Shown in pieces: positions 20,906 to 29,187 of a stretch of 64,000 nucleotides of DNA. The notes below the pieces were generated by a model. It did not search any database. It worked only from the letters and a program-made list of their open reading frames with translations, and had not been told where the DNA came from. Made by a program: the position numbers and the translations under genes. The DNA is from an uncultured Gammaproteobacteria bacterium (GTDB taxonomy: Bacteria > Pseudomonadota > Gammaproteobacteria > UBA9214): positions 64,001 through 128,000 of the forward strand of contig CAVVHS010000002.1 of the NCBI GenBank assembly GCA_963748215.1, read 5' to 3'. Numbering within the stretch: position 1 is the stretch's first letter; the number at the start of each line of letters is the position of its first letter.

Positions 20906-21095
20906 GATTGAGTGTGGGAGTGCGGCCACGGTAAGAAGAACCCTCGAAAACGTTATGTGCCATTCAACGCATCAGCGAATGACGCTCGCACCTAGACCGA
21001 GGCAGCTTCACGGCGTACACAAGTAAGGCGGTATACAACCCGCGCATATCAGCATGACAACCGTCGTTATACTGGCTCCGCTCCCACACCCAATC
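20906..21095 (+). ncRNA. predicted bridge/seek-type guide RNA of the IS
   Basis: Outer stem 20906-20928 with 21073-21095; inner stems cctcg/cgagg, gtgc/gcac, cattc/gaatg, gcgg/ccgc; loops contain aacgtta, ccta and catatcag. Confidence 0.65.
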
Positions 21096-21169
21096 GCTTT
21101 GGCGATGCCGCCATGCCAGTTTGCTCAGGATCGAGTTCGTGTGCCTGCTTGACAACGGGAAGTCATATC

Positions 21170-21240
21170 AACGTTGGAACACTGCCGTCGCCGGAGGAGC
21201 GAAAGCGACGGTGGCGATCGGCAGGAGTGATTTGTTATGC
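21170..21240 (-). repeat. attC (TA-type family), interrupted by IS after GTT
   Basis: aacgttggaacactgccgtcgcc..ggcgatcggcaggagtgatttgttatgc. Confidence 0.88.
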
Positions 21241-21450
21241 GGCGTTAACTTCAATGAATTCGCTGACTGAGGAGGGATGAGGAGCTGGTTCACCAGCTTC
21301 AATTAGACCCTCAATATGAAACTCCATGGCGTCCTTAATCAGCTCCATAACTTCTTCGCGGGTTTCGGCCGCGGCAATACAGCGAGGTAAATCCGGCACA
21401 TGCGCACCATACCCGGATTCGCCATTTTCGATAACTACCATATATTTCAT
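21235..21450 (-). CDS. hicB: cassette 20: HicB-like antitoxin (short)
   Basis: YMVVIE..YGAHVPDLPRCIAAAETREEVMELIKDAMEFHIEGL. Confidence 0.9.
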   Translation of the reverse strand: MKYMVVIENGESGYGAHVPDLPRCIAAAETREEVMELIKDAMEFHIEGLIEAGEPAPHPSSVSEFIEVNAA

Positions 21451-21467
21451 GATATTTTCCCTCGCAT

Positions 21468-21652
21468 CTATTTTAGACCAGCCTGCTTGAGGATGCTCGA
21501 TAATGTACCTGGTGGTATGCCGGCACTTGGCTTTCCCGATACAGTGAACGTCACTTCTATCTCAGGATGCCGGTATTGACGATGGCTCCCGTTCATCCTG
21601 GTCTGCTTCCAGACATCCTTTTCAATCAGTTTATCAGTTCCTTGACCTTCAC
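21468..21652 (-). pseudogene. hicA: cassette 20: HicA toxin, frameshifted
   Basis: VKVKELI/(K)LIEKDVW..RMNGSHRQYRHP..IPPGTLSSILKQAGLK; one A missing near 21630. Confidence 0.8.
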
Positions 21653-21673
21653 CAAATGTTCCCTATCTAAGCC

Positions 21674-21729
21674 GCAGAACGGCGCGGTTCACACGCCGGA
21701 GTAGCCGGTGTGTGAACCGTTTGTTCGAC
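21674..21729 (-). repeat. attC
   Basis: gcagaac..cggttcacac..gtgtgaaccg..gttcgac. Confidence 0.75.
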
Positions 21730-21753
21730 CACAATTCAAGTATGTACCATTGG

Positions 21754-22419
21754 TCAGAAAACCAGTGTTTTCCACGTCTTTCCAAAGTCCATGCTTTCGA
21801 CTCGTACAGCCTTGCCATTCCGCAACGCCTTGGAGTTGACCACAAACGATACATGGCCATCTGAATTCACTCGGATATCCTTGAAGTGCGGTTCGCGCCC
21901 ACCCAGGTAATCGTACTGGCGGCAGTCCACATTTCCTTTAGGTTTACAGTGATCCGGCTTGTCGGCTGGAACAATCAAATCCTCCGGAAGAGAAGTGGGA
22001 TACCATCCTCGAAAACTGCCACAGGAATCGAAGCTCACATTCACTCCGTTCCCGATCCAGACCAGGATACGATCATCAACGACAAGGTAGTTTCGGCGTT
22101 CACGCTCTGCCAATTCGGCGGCACTCTTGGAACCAATCGCACCGCCGTTTCCGAGCGAGACCCATCCCGCATCTTGTGTCTTGTGTGCGGGAGAGTTGCG
22201 AGTTTGTAACGAGGAGCATTGGACGCGAAACACCTCGCCGGTGTAATGAAGAGGAAGATTCTCAAAATACCGAACAAGTTTGAGTCGGAGTTGAGCATTC
22301 TCATAAATCATGGCTTCGTCGAGTTTCCGCGTGCTCGGGCTACACGCGAAAACCACCACAACCGCAAGCATTCCACCTACCAACCAGAGCAACTTTCGTA
22401 TTGACACCGACTTTTCCAA
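21754..22419 (-). CDS. cassette 19: hypothetical lipoprotein
   Basis: VFAC lipobox-like; SMDFGKTW Asp-box at C-terminus. Confidence 0.75.
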   Translation of the reverse strand: MEKSVSIRKLLWLVGGMLAVVVVFACSPSTRKLDEAMIYENAQLRLKLVRYFENLPLHYTGEVFRVQCSSLQTRNSPAHKTQDAGWVSLGNGGAIGSKSAAELAERERRNYLVVDDRILVWIGNGVNVSFDSCGSFRGWYPTSLPEDLIVPADKPDHCKPKGNVDCRQYDYLGGREPHFKDIRVNSDGHVSFVVNSKALRNGKAVRVESMDFGKTWKTLVF

Positions 22420-22437
22420 AACTGTTACCTCAGTGGG

Positions 22438-22489
22438 GCTGAACGCCTGATTTCAGCTGCATTAGACCCGCTGCAACGTCTTGTTGGAT
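22438..22489 (-). repeat. attC (short)
   Basis: gctgaac...gttggat, 52 bp. Confidence 0.6.
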
Positions 22490-22506
22490 GTCAATTGCAC
22501 CAGTGT

Positions 22507-23166
22507 TTACTCAATGTCCGGGGGTCTCTCAACGGGCACTAAGATTTCATTCCGCCTCAAAAACCACGGCATGAATGGAGGGTTATATCTGGCCCATATA
22601 GGGTCTCCAGCAACGTTCAGGTTTTGTTTCTCGATCCAAGCATTCAGCTTATCCAAATTACGACGATAACCTTTTTCACTCCAGAAGCCAGAGTACCGGA
22701 CGGCCGCAATGTATCGCGCAGGAACTTGACGCAAGATTACGTTCGGATCTTTGGGTTCCGGGAGTGTTTCCAGCGAATAGGATGAGGGCATCATAAAGCT
22801 CACGGCCCACCTGCCATTCATACGCTGTTGGCCAACGGGCGAAGTCATGTCGATATTCTCGCTTACAGGTCCTTGGGTAACGGGTGCAGTCATTTCGACT
22901 TTACGCTGGGACTTGTTGTTGCCGGAAATGTATTTGAACAGCCGGCTAAAGGCTTTGTTTCCCGCGTCTTCAAGATCTCCGTCAACCATGGTTTCGGCAA
23001 TAACATGCGGCTCATACTGGCGCACCTCGAAGCCCTGCTCCTTGAACACGACTGTGTATACGGCTTCCTCTATCGCCATAACGTTTCCCGCTCCAGGAAC
23101 CGCAACAAGAACCACAACAAGAACCGCAACAAGAAAAGACCAGCCAACCCGTTTTATCCCAGCCAT
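22507..23166 (-). CDS. cassette 18: SOUL heme-binding protein
   Basis: FEVRQYEP, AFSRLFKYISGNN, EMTAPV, ARYNPPFMPWFLRRNEI. Confidence 0.92.
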   Translation of the reverse strand: MAGIKRVGWSFLVAVLVVVLVAVPGAGNVMAIEEAVYTVVFKEQGFEVRQYEPHVIAETMVDGDLEDAGNKAFSRLFKYISGNNKSQRKVEMTAPVTQGPVSENIDMTSPVGQQRMNGRWAVSFMMPSSYSLETLPEPKDPNVILRQVPARYIAAVRYSGFWSEKGYRRNLDKLNAWIEKQNLNVAGDPIWARYNPPFMPWFLRRNEILVPVERPPDIE

Positions 23167-23268
23167 GAAACCCCTCCTTCGAATCCCCGACAAACACGCG
23201 CACCAACACACCCCGGACTCTCCGCCATTCTGATGACCGCCGTCTTTGCAAAACGGCTCGCTTTTGAT

Positions 23269-23345
23269 GCCCAACGCTTGAATCAAGCGGCGCGCGTTAG
23301 CGCATCCGGCCCCGAAGGGGGGCGAGCTTGAATGATTTGTTATAT
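23269..23345 (-). repeat. attC
   Basis: gcccaac...gttatat. Confidence 0.85.
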
Positions 23346-23733
23346 TTCTTTGCACCAAGAATGCAGCTCCGCCTAAAAGTAATGATATAGCCAACCAATT
23401 AATTACCATACCTATAATTGATTCGGCTATACCAGGCAAAACGATCCGAGTTAATATTTCAAGCACAAGACTCATTGCTATGGTAGTTGCGATAGTCGTA
23501 TTCGTAAACTCCAAACCGACCGCCTTGTTCAATGCAATGTATGCAGCCAGAACAGAGAGCGAAGATGCGAATCCATTAATACCAAGAATAAATGCACCGA
23601 ATCGAATGCCTCCAAAACAATCGAATTTGGGATCACAGTTTCCGAGCACGAATATATCAAACGTGTATCAAGCCAGCATTGGCATCACTACCGATGCAAA
23701 TGACATGCTCAATATGGTAGTCGCTTTCTTCAT
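23340..23733 (-). pseudogene. cassette 17: membrane protein with nonsense codon
   Basis: MKKATTILSMSFASVVMPMLA*YTFDIFVLGNCDPKFDC...; TGA at 23668-23670; frame continues through the attC. Confidence 0.65.
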
Positions 23734-23745
23734 GTCTTCTTAGAA

Positions 23746-23822
23746 ATATAACGTCTGAATTGAGCTGCGCGCGAAAGGAGGCGAAGCCGACTGAAGCGCT
23801 TTCGGTTGATCGCATGTTAGGC
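23746..23822 (-). repeat. attC
   Basis: atataac...gttaggc. Confidence 0.75.
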
Positions 23823-23850
23823 CCGACCGTGTTAGATGTTCGGCCTGGGC

Positions 23851-24195
23851 TTACTCTTGCCTGACTATATCGATCGGGATCTCCACCACCCGAATCGTTC
23901 CTCTGTTCTCAAGCCAGTGTGTGGTATTTCTATCCTCGGGCCAGCCCACTCCCGGCCCATAGTCCGTAGCGACTCCATTTCGATGGTCAGTGATGGTTCC
24001 TTGCAGTATGTAGACGGTGCCCGGTCTGCCTTTATGGTCGTGAATCGGGCCAAAGGCGCCTCCAGGCTCGATGGTCACCATACGCATTCGAAGTTTGCGC
24101 CCTGCCATGCCCTCGATCTCAGTGCCAAGGTCAACCGTTGCAGGTAACTTCACCGTAACACCTTTTGTCTCAGGTGCAACCTGTTCGTTGCTCAT
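23851..24195 (-). CDS. cassette 16: cupin domain protein
   Basis: VTIEPGG..IHDHKGRPGTVYILQG..THWLENRG. Confidence 0.9.
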   Translation of the reverse strand: MSNEQVAPETKGVTVKLPATVDLGTEIEGMAGRKLRMRMVTIEPGGAFGPIHDHKGRPGTVYILQGTITDHRNGVATDYGPGVGWPEDRNTTHWLENRGTIRVVEIPIDIVRQE

Positions 24196-24219
24196 CGTGC
24201 TCCTCTCTGTACTTCCAGG

Positions 24220-24309
24220 GCCTAACGGGGCAAGCCAGCCGCGCTGCTACGGGCAGGACCGCGAAGCACCACAATACTTTCCAGCTTCGGCCTCGGTGAC
24301 TGGTTGAAA
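24220..24309 (-). repeat. attC
   Basis: gcctaac...gttgaaa; homologous to attC 29740-29829 and 31838-31927. Confidence 0.75.
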
Positions 24310-24332
24310 CGCTACTTCGGCGGTTCGACACA

Positions 24333-24803
24333 TCAACCTTCTCCAGTGCCAAGCCCAGCAGCGAGCAGAACAATAGAAACTACTCCAATGCAGGTCCTAA
24401 AGTGATTCCAGTACAGCCACTTTTTTTGATAGACGGGCCACACATCATCAGCTACTGATTGCTCAGCTTCAGCTAATTTGTTGTTTAGTGGAACGTTGAA
24501 TAACACCGTAATCCCAAATGGGCCTATAAAATAGGCCAGCGCACCTATGAATAGTAATAGACTGCCAGACGAATCAAGTTGCTGGGCGGATTTAAACGCG
24601 ATCAGGGCACAAAGTGTCGGGGTTCCAAGAAACAGAATAAGGAAAACAGGATTAAGTATTCTTTCGTTCACGCGTTGCATCGCAAACATCCCCTTATCAT
24701 TCGGCAGGTCGGCAAGCGCTCGCATAACGAAGTTCGAGAATGCGAATAGCAACCCCGTTATAATCGCAGCACCTGTTATTGCCATGACAACGATACTCGT
24801 CAT
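24333..24803 (-). CDS. cassette 15: DUF1772/anthrone oxygenase family
   Basis: FAFSNFVMRAL, AMQRVN, FNVPLNNKLA, WLYWNHFRT. Confidence 0.9.
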   Translation of the reverse strand: MTSIVVMAITGAAIITGLLFAFSNFVMRALADLPNDKGMFAMQRVNERILNPVFLILFLGTPTLCALIAFKSAQQLDSSGSLLLFIGALAYFIGPFGITVLFNVPLNNKLAEAEQSVADDVWPVYQKKWLYWNHFRTCIGVVSIVLLAAGLGTGEG

Positions 24804-24832
24804 TTCGCCTCACTAATGTCCGTCTCGTTGGC

Positions 24833-24930
24833 GACTATCGCTTGAGTTCAGCGGCGTTTGAGGCGTCGGCCCTTTTACGGCAGCAAAAATGGGCGACGGG
24901 TCAAACGTCCGCTGCAACGATATGTTGGGC
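24833..24930 (-). repeat. attC (R' core mutated to GAT)
   Basis: gactatc..cagcggcgtttga..tcaaacgtccgctg..gttgggc. Confidence 0.75.
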
Positions 24931-24934
24931 GCCA

Positions 24935-25327
24935 TTATTGCCACGTTTCGAATTGCGGCGCTGAACTACAAATGTGATCCCAAGGTGCCTTCGAGCCGAC
25001 AAAGATATGGGCTTCGATCTCGACGCCAGGGTCTCCGTTGACCGTTCCCAAAGCGACACCGTGCACACGGCCTTTATGCGTTCCACAAATTGTGGTGCCG
25101 CATGTTTTGCAAAAGACCAACCCCCAATCCTGCTGGGAGGAGTAATTCTGCAAGTTTTCTGAGCCGCTTACCCAGGCGAATAATTCGGTGTCTACCAACT
25201 CTGCATAGGCTGACGAAGCTCCGCTGAACGCCTTTCGGCAGCGTGAACAGTGGCATGACCGAGCACGCATGAGGTCGCAATCGATACGGTACTGCACGGT
25301 GCCGCAGAAGCATTCACCTTCGATCAA
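24935..25327 (-). CDS. cassette 14: GFA/CENP-V family protein
   Basis: GECFCG, CHCSRCRK, FCKTCG, HIFVGSKAPW. Confidence 0.92.
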   Translation of the reverse strand: MIEGECFCGTVQYRIDCDLMRARSCHCSRCRKAFSGASSAYAELVDTELFAWVSGSENLQNYSSQQDWGLVFCKTCGTTICGTHKGRVHGVALGTVNGDPGVEIEAHIFVGSKAPWDHICSSAPQFETWQ

Positions 25328-25351
25328 ATCATTCGCTCCCGTTCAAATGGC

Positions 25352-25426
25352 GCCCAACGTTGGAACTCTGCCGTCGCCGGAGGAGTGAAAGCGACGGAGG
25401 CAATCGGCAGGAGTGATTGGTTATGC
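25352..25426 (-). repeat. attC (TA-type family)
   Basis: gcccaacgttggaactctgccgtcgcc...ggcaggagtgattggttatgc. Confidence 0.9.
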
Positions 25427-25681
25427 CGCAGATTCTTGATGTACATCCCATCCAGGAAAGACAAGAACTGCGGGATGACACTTCAGCACCCTTGCAAGAA
25501 CCTTGGCTCTCTCTACACCCAGATTTACCCGATCGTTTTCAATGGCCGAGATGGTAGATTGAGGAATACCGGTTAAATCAGATAGCTTATTCTGGCTCAT
25601 CTCCTGCAATTCCCGAAGAATCCGAACCGACTCCCCAACAGAGACATCTACCAACTTCTTAGCTTTTCTATAATCTTTCAT
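25421..25681 (-). CDS. cassette 13: XRE-HTH antitoxin (HigA-like)
   Basis: RILRELQEMSQNKLSDLTGIPQSTISAIEN HTH; downstream of toxin. Confidence 0.88.
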   Translation of the reverse strand: MKDYRKAKKLVDVSVGESVRILRELQEMSQNKLSDLTGIPQSTISAIENDRVNLGVERAKVLARVLKCHPAVLVFPGWDVHQESAA

Positions 25682-25682
25682 A

Positions 25683-25964
25683 TCATTTTCTCCGATAATC
25701 GTGCGGAGTCACTTTAACCACTTGAACTAAAACAAGATCCTTTTGAATTTTATAGATGACACGATACTGTATGTTGAGACGGGATGACCGGTGTCCCTTC
25801 CATTCACCACGAAGAGCCTCATCTCTGAATCCATTAATTTGCCTTAACCCATCAGGACCACTTATCGAGACGATATCTTTCCACTTCTCATATCGCTTGA
25901 GCACATCAATCGGTAATGACTCAAGCTGTTTAACAGCCCTCCTGTGCTCATATATCTCCCACAT
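25683..25964 (-). CDS. cassette 13: RelE/HigB-family mRNA interferase
   Basis: DEALRGEWKGHRSSRLNIQYRVIY..HDY. Confidence 0.88.
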   Translation of the reverse strand: MWEIYEHRRAVKQLESLPIDVLKRYEKWKDIVSISGPDGLRQINGFRDEALRGEWKGHRSSRLNIQYRVIYKIQKDLVLVQVVKVTPHDYRRK

Positions 25965-25973
25965 ACATTAATT

Positions 25974-26001
25974 AGTATATATACGTAATATGGTATGTCA
26001 A
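25974..26001 (-). promoter_or_regulatory. sigma70 promoter of cassette 13
   Basis: TTGACA-16 bp-TATACT on minus strand just inside the cassette. Confidence 0.75.
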
Positions 26002-26008
26002 CCCTGAG

Positions 26009-26069
26009 GCATAACGCCTCGCATCAGCGACATGGTGCAACCAAGTCCGACTGCATGCGTTTGTTATGT
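26009..26069 (-). repeat. attC
   Basis: gcataac...gttatgt. Confidence 0.85.
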
Positions 26070-26098
26070 CGCGCTGTGTGAATGTATTCATGCAACAT

Positions 26099-26578
26099 TT
26101 AATCCTCGTTGTTTTTATCAACATCAACAATAAAATCTCCATGCAGCCAATTTCTTCCTAACAGGAGACGGTACTCCATCTTCGTGCGATCGTTCAGGGT
26201 TACGAGAATACTTTTTTTAGAGTCATTCCATTTCATTAGCAACGGAACTACATACCTATGTTCTGCCGTTTCTGAAGTTCTTACCTTAATGACTGAGGAT
26301 ACGCGAGTCTCGATCTTTCTAGACAGGCCTTCCTTGGTAACCAGATCAAATGAAATAGGTTTACCCCGTGGGTCACCTGATATATCTACTTCAATATTTT
26401 CGGCATGAATACTAGAAGTCTTCGCACCAGTGTCTACCCGGGCCTTAAAGCTTAGGTTAGCTTCTTCAACAAAAACCACTTCGGTGGCACCAACAATCTG
26501 CTTAAGTGAATCGGCATCTACATCTATTGAAACTAAAAGTACAAGAGTCAGAAGGAACGGGTACCATAATATTTTCAC
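26099..26578 (-). CDS. cassette 12: RimK/LysX-associated putative protease (retropepsin-like)
   Basis: Signal peptide, KARVDTGAKTSSIHA, LNDRTKMEYRLLLGRNWL. Confidence 0.88.
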   Translation of the reverse strand: MKILWYPFLLTLVLLVSIDVDADSLKQIVGATEVVFVEEANLSFKARVDTGAKTSSIHAENIEVDISGDPRGKPISFDLVTKEGLSRKIETRVSSVIKVRTSETAEHRYVVPLLMKWNDSKKSILVTLNDRTKMEYRLLLGRNWLHGDFIVDVDKNNED

Positions 26579-26606
26579 CTCCGGTCCCCGAGCAGGCTAG
26601 TAAGCG

Positions 26607-26681
26607 ACATAACGTTGGAAGCCAGCCGCGCGCATCAGCGCGTCCGGCCCCGCAGGGGCGTACTCGAATGACTTGTTAGGC
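26607..26681 (-). repeat. attC
   Basis: acataac...gttaggc. Confidence 0.85.
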
Positions 26682-26687
26682 ATTTGT

Positions 26688-26999
26688 CTACCTTGGCTCC
26701 GTAGCTTTAAGCAACTCATCGGACATGCCCTCCAACCCATGATTTTCCACCAGGCCCTCACTTCGAAATAGTGTTAACTGAAGCTGCGCCCTTGATCTAC
26801 TGTGACCATCAAAAAGCAGGCTCATTCGCTTATCCGCGTTCTCTACCAACTTATAAAGATTCAAGTATTTTTCGTGATTTGATGTATCTTCTTTTTGTAC
26901 AGCTTCCTCAAAATCTGACATGGCTTCCGCACAAAACCTTTCTAGCGCAATCTCTTTAACCTTTTTGAAAAGTTTCCAATCGGATTCTTTCATCATCAA
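26688..26999 (-). CDS. cassette 11: hypothetical helical protein
   Basis: MKESDWKLFKKVKEIALERFC..FDGHSRSRA. Confidence 0.8.
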   Translation of the reverse strand: MMMKESDWKLFKKVKEIALERFCAEAMSDFEEAVQKEDTSNHEKYLNLYKLVENADKRMSLLFDGHSRSRAQLQLTLFRSEGLVENHGLEGMSDELLKATEPR

Positions 27000-27012
27000 T
27001 GTTCTGTTATAT

Positions 27013-27084
27013 GCCTAACGTGGCCATCACTGGCGGGAATGGAGCGCAGCAGAATTCACGTCCGAGTGAATGGCATGGTTAGCC
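27013..27084 (-). repeat. attC
   Basis: gcctaac..gccatcact..agtgaatggc..gttagcc. Confidence 0.88.
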
Positions 27085-27921
27085 ATCAGTCGGATTTCCG
27101 TGCGGAATGACTTCTGTGACCGATCCTTCCTTTGTGAACATATTCTTGCGGTTCCCCCAAACGATTAGAAAGGCGGCGACAATCAGCAGGTACGTGTCGT
27201 AGGGCTGCGCGTCAGGAAAGATCGGGTTCATGAGCGAGAAATGGAAGAACGCCGACAGCAGAATGCTACCACGCGATCTATTGAAAAGCGCAGTTGCAAT
27301 GACGCTTATCGCCAAGCACCCAGTAAAGAATGCCGTGAACGACCACTCGCTATGCTGGGTTCCGCTCAAGAGGAAAGCAGGCAAATGCCACAGCCCCCAT
27401 ATGGCTCCAAGAATCAGCCCGGCCCAGATTGGAGCGAACTTCCTTTGCAGAAGAGGAAGTGCAAGCCCCCGCCAGCCGAACTCCTCGATCGGCCCTTTAA
27501 TGGCCGCGAGGCCCAACGCCACGAGCAGTGCCTGAAGGGTCGCAAATGGGAACGGTTCCGCGAAAAGGTTCCCTCTAAGCGTGGAAGCGCCAATGAAGAT
27601 CAACGGAATGCCAATGATCAGAAAAGCATACCAAGCTGCGCCGCATCGCCAGAGCAAAGCCCGTCCGAGGAAGCGCCGCAGACCGGCGACGCCGCCGTTG
27701 CGGGCAACAAGAGAGAACGCCGCGATTGCAGGTGCGTACACGGCCAGGAAGAAGAGCGGATGGTTGCCGGTGAGCTGGCCAAACGCTGGCCCCATAAGTT
27801 CCGGGAGGAAGATGTACAGTCCAAGGATACCCCAAGCTATGCCAAACGAGATCAGCAGAAAGGGAGTAAATGAACGGAACTGCACTCCACACGTTTCAGG
27901 CACTGAGATGGTTGAAGGCAT
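27079..27921 (-). CDS. cassette 10: CPBP (CAAX/Abi) intramembrane metalloprotease
   Basis: EEFGWRG, WGLWHLP, FFHFSLMN. Confidence 0.92.
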   Translation of the reverse strand: MPSTISVPETCGVQFRSFTPFLLISFGIAWGILGLYIFLPELMGPAFGQLTGNHPLFFLAVYAPAIAAFSLVARNGGVAGLRRFLGRALLWRCGAAWYAFLIIGIPLIFIGASTLRGNLFAEPFPFATLQALLVALGLAAIKGPIEEFGWRGLALPLLQRKFAPIWAGLILGAIWGLWHLPAFLLSGTQHSEWSFTAFFTGCLAISVIATALFNRSRGSILLSAFFHFSLMNPIFPDAQPYDTYLLIVAAFLIVWGNRKNMFTKEGSVTEVIPHGNPTDG

Positions 27922-27930
27922 GTCTTTCTT

Positions 27931-28035
27931 GGCTAACGGCTGAACTCTGCCGCGCCGAGCACAGCGAGGGAACCCTTGACTCCGCGAGCGCATGCGAGCG
28001 GTGTCAAGGGCGTCGGCAGGAGTGATTTGTTATGC
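27931..28035 (-). repeat. attC (TA-type family, long variant)
   Basis: ggctaacggctgaactctgccg...cggcaggagtgatttgttatgc. Confidence 0.9.
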
Positions 28036-28227
28036 TGCAATGCCTTCAACAGACAGATGGCTTATATCAGTCCGTTGACTGGCATGTTCAAATGTAATGG
28101 CGCATACATTGCCTTCTGCATCTACGTCCAGCACTGTATTTTCATCGAGGTCTTTTGACTCGGTGATCTCTTCATCACGGAATTCAATATATAAAGTATC
28201 CGTATCTTCGAAGTATTTAACCTTCAT
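28030..28227 (-). CDS. cassette 9: DUF2283 putative antitoxin
   Basis: MKVKYFEDTDTLYIEF..VLDVDAEGNVCAITFEHAS. Confidence 0.88.
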   Translation of the reverse strand: MKVKYFEDTDTLYIEFRDEEITESKDLDENTVLDVDAEGNVCAITFEHASQRTDISHLSVEGIAA

Positions 28228-28460
28228 GATTTATAACCCCGATCAAAAAATGCGTTGTGTACAGTTTCAGCATCTTGTAGCAAGATGACTCGCAGGTATT
28301 TCCCCTGCATAGCGTCGATTTTAGCCCATCGGCGAATACGCCCATCTGCTTGAATTTGCTCACTTTCAGGATTATCCATAACATGCTGTATCCATTCATT
28401 TTTTATTACAGAGCGGTCCTTCCTGCTGCGGATTGTCTGGAAGTACTTTGTAGTTTTCAC
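28224..28460 (-). CDS. cassette 9: putative toxin (DUF4258/RelE-like)
   Basis: Basic 78-aa ORF (QADGRIRRW..YLRVILL..VHNAFFDRG) coupled to DUF2283. Confidence 0.75.
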   Translation of the reverse strand: MKTTKYFQTIRSRKDRSVIKNEWIQHVMDNPESEQIQADGRIRRWAKIDAMQGKYLRVILLQDAETVHNAFFDRGYKS

Positions 28461-28479
28461 AGGATCTCGCCCTTATGCA

Positions 28480-28554
28480 GCATAACGGTTGAACTCTGCC
28501 GTTACCGAGGGAGCGCCAGCGACGGAGGTAGTCGGCAGTAGTGATTTGTTATAT
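28480..28554 (-). repeat. attC (TA-type family)
   Basis: gcataacggttgaactctgccg...cggcagtagtgatttgttatat. Confidence 0.9.
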
Positions 28555-28560
28555 GCCGCT

Positions 28561-28893
28561 TTATTCATGTGTTGAGCGCTTGAGAATTTCTGACACCCAC
28601 TGATTGATGCTTTTACCAGCAGCTGTTGCTCTCGCCGCAATTTCACTATGCAACCGGGGTGGTATCCTCAGGTTAAACTTACCCGAGTACTCTTTCATTG
28701 GGGCAATACCCTTCTCTTCGCAAACTTCCAGATACACCTTCAATGAGTTTTTAAATTCCTTTCGTAGATTTGCAGGGCTTTTACCATAGAAGTCTGCGCT
28801 TCCATTCAACCCGAGAATCTCCCCTCGAAATTGATCAAGCTCAGGATCGTACTCAATCTTTGCCTTGTAACCATCAACTTCCATGATATTCAT
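28561..28893 (-). CDS. hicB: cassette 8: HicB antitoxin
   Basis: GYKAKIEYD..YLEVC..YSGKFNLRIPPRLH..SINQWV (RHH). Confidence 0.93.
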   Translation of the reverse strand: MNIMEVDGYKAKIEYDPELDQFRGEILGLNGSADFYGKSPANLRKEFKNSLKVYLEVCEEKGIAPMKEYSGKFNLRIPPRLHSEIAARATAAGKSINQWVSEILKRSTHE

Positions 28894-29144
28894 GGCTTCA
28901 CCTCATAAAACTCTAACCATTTGCGAATACTGGCTATCGCTCCTTTATCAGTATTCGGTGATGGGTGTGGCCTATGAAATACGCGGACTTCGCTGAATAG
29001 CACAACGGCTACCCTGGATCCTGCTCTTTCTGATACATCCGCACCCAGCGCTTTGAACAGAGACTCAATATCCGTCCATGGGATATTGCCGCTAGTAGGT
29101 CGTTTGTAGATTTGTTCTAGCGTTTTCTGATGCTTGCGCTTCAT
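28890..29144 (-). CDS. hicA: cassette 8: HicA toxin
   Basis: IPWTDIESLF..ERAGSRV..VFHRPHP. Confidence 0.92.
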   Translation of the reverse strand: MKRKHQKTLEQIYKRPTSGNIPWTDIESLFKALGADVSERAGSRVAVVLFSEVRVFHRPHPSPNTDKGAIASIRKWLEFYEVKP

Positions 29145-29150
29145 AGAAGG

Positions 29151-29178
29151 ATGGTACCATATAGTGGTACCATGTCAA
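29151..29178 (-). promoter_or_regulatory. hicAB promoter with operator palindromes
   Basis: TTGACA-16-TACCAT overlapped by two TGGTACCA palindromes. Confidence 0.75.
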
Positions 29179-29187
29179 GCTCAAGGC

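Larger units (their letters stand above)
19590..21169 (+). mobile_element. IS110-family (IS1111-type) insertion sequence in an attC core
   Basis: 13-bp subterminal IRs atgacttcccgtt (19597-19609) and aacgggaagtcat (21154-21166), 7 and 3 bp from the ends; flanks ggct|aac rejoin to an attC box; no target duplication. Confidence 0.9.

Noticed and set aside
22507-23649. 380-aa ORF as a single gene
   Set aside because: It spans an attC and joins two cassettes; the SOUL gene has its own AGGAGG RBS and ATG at 23166.
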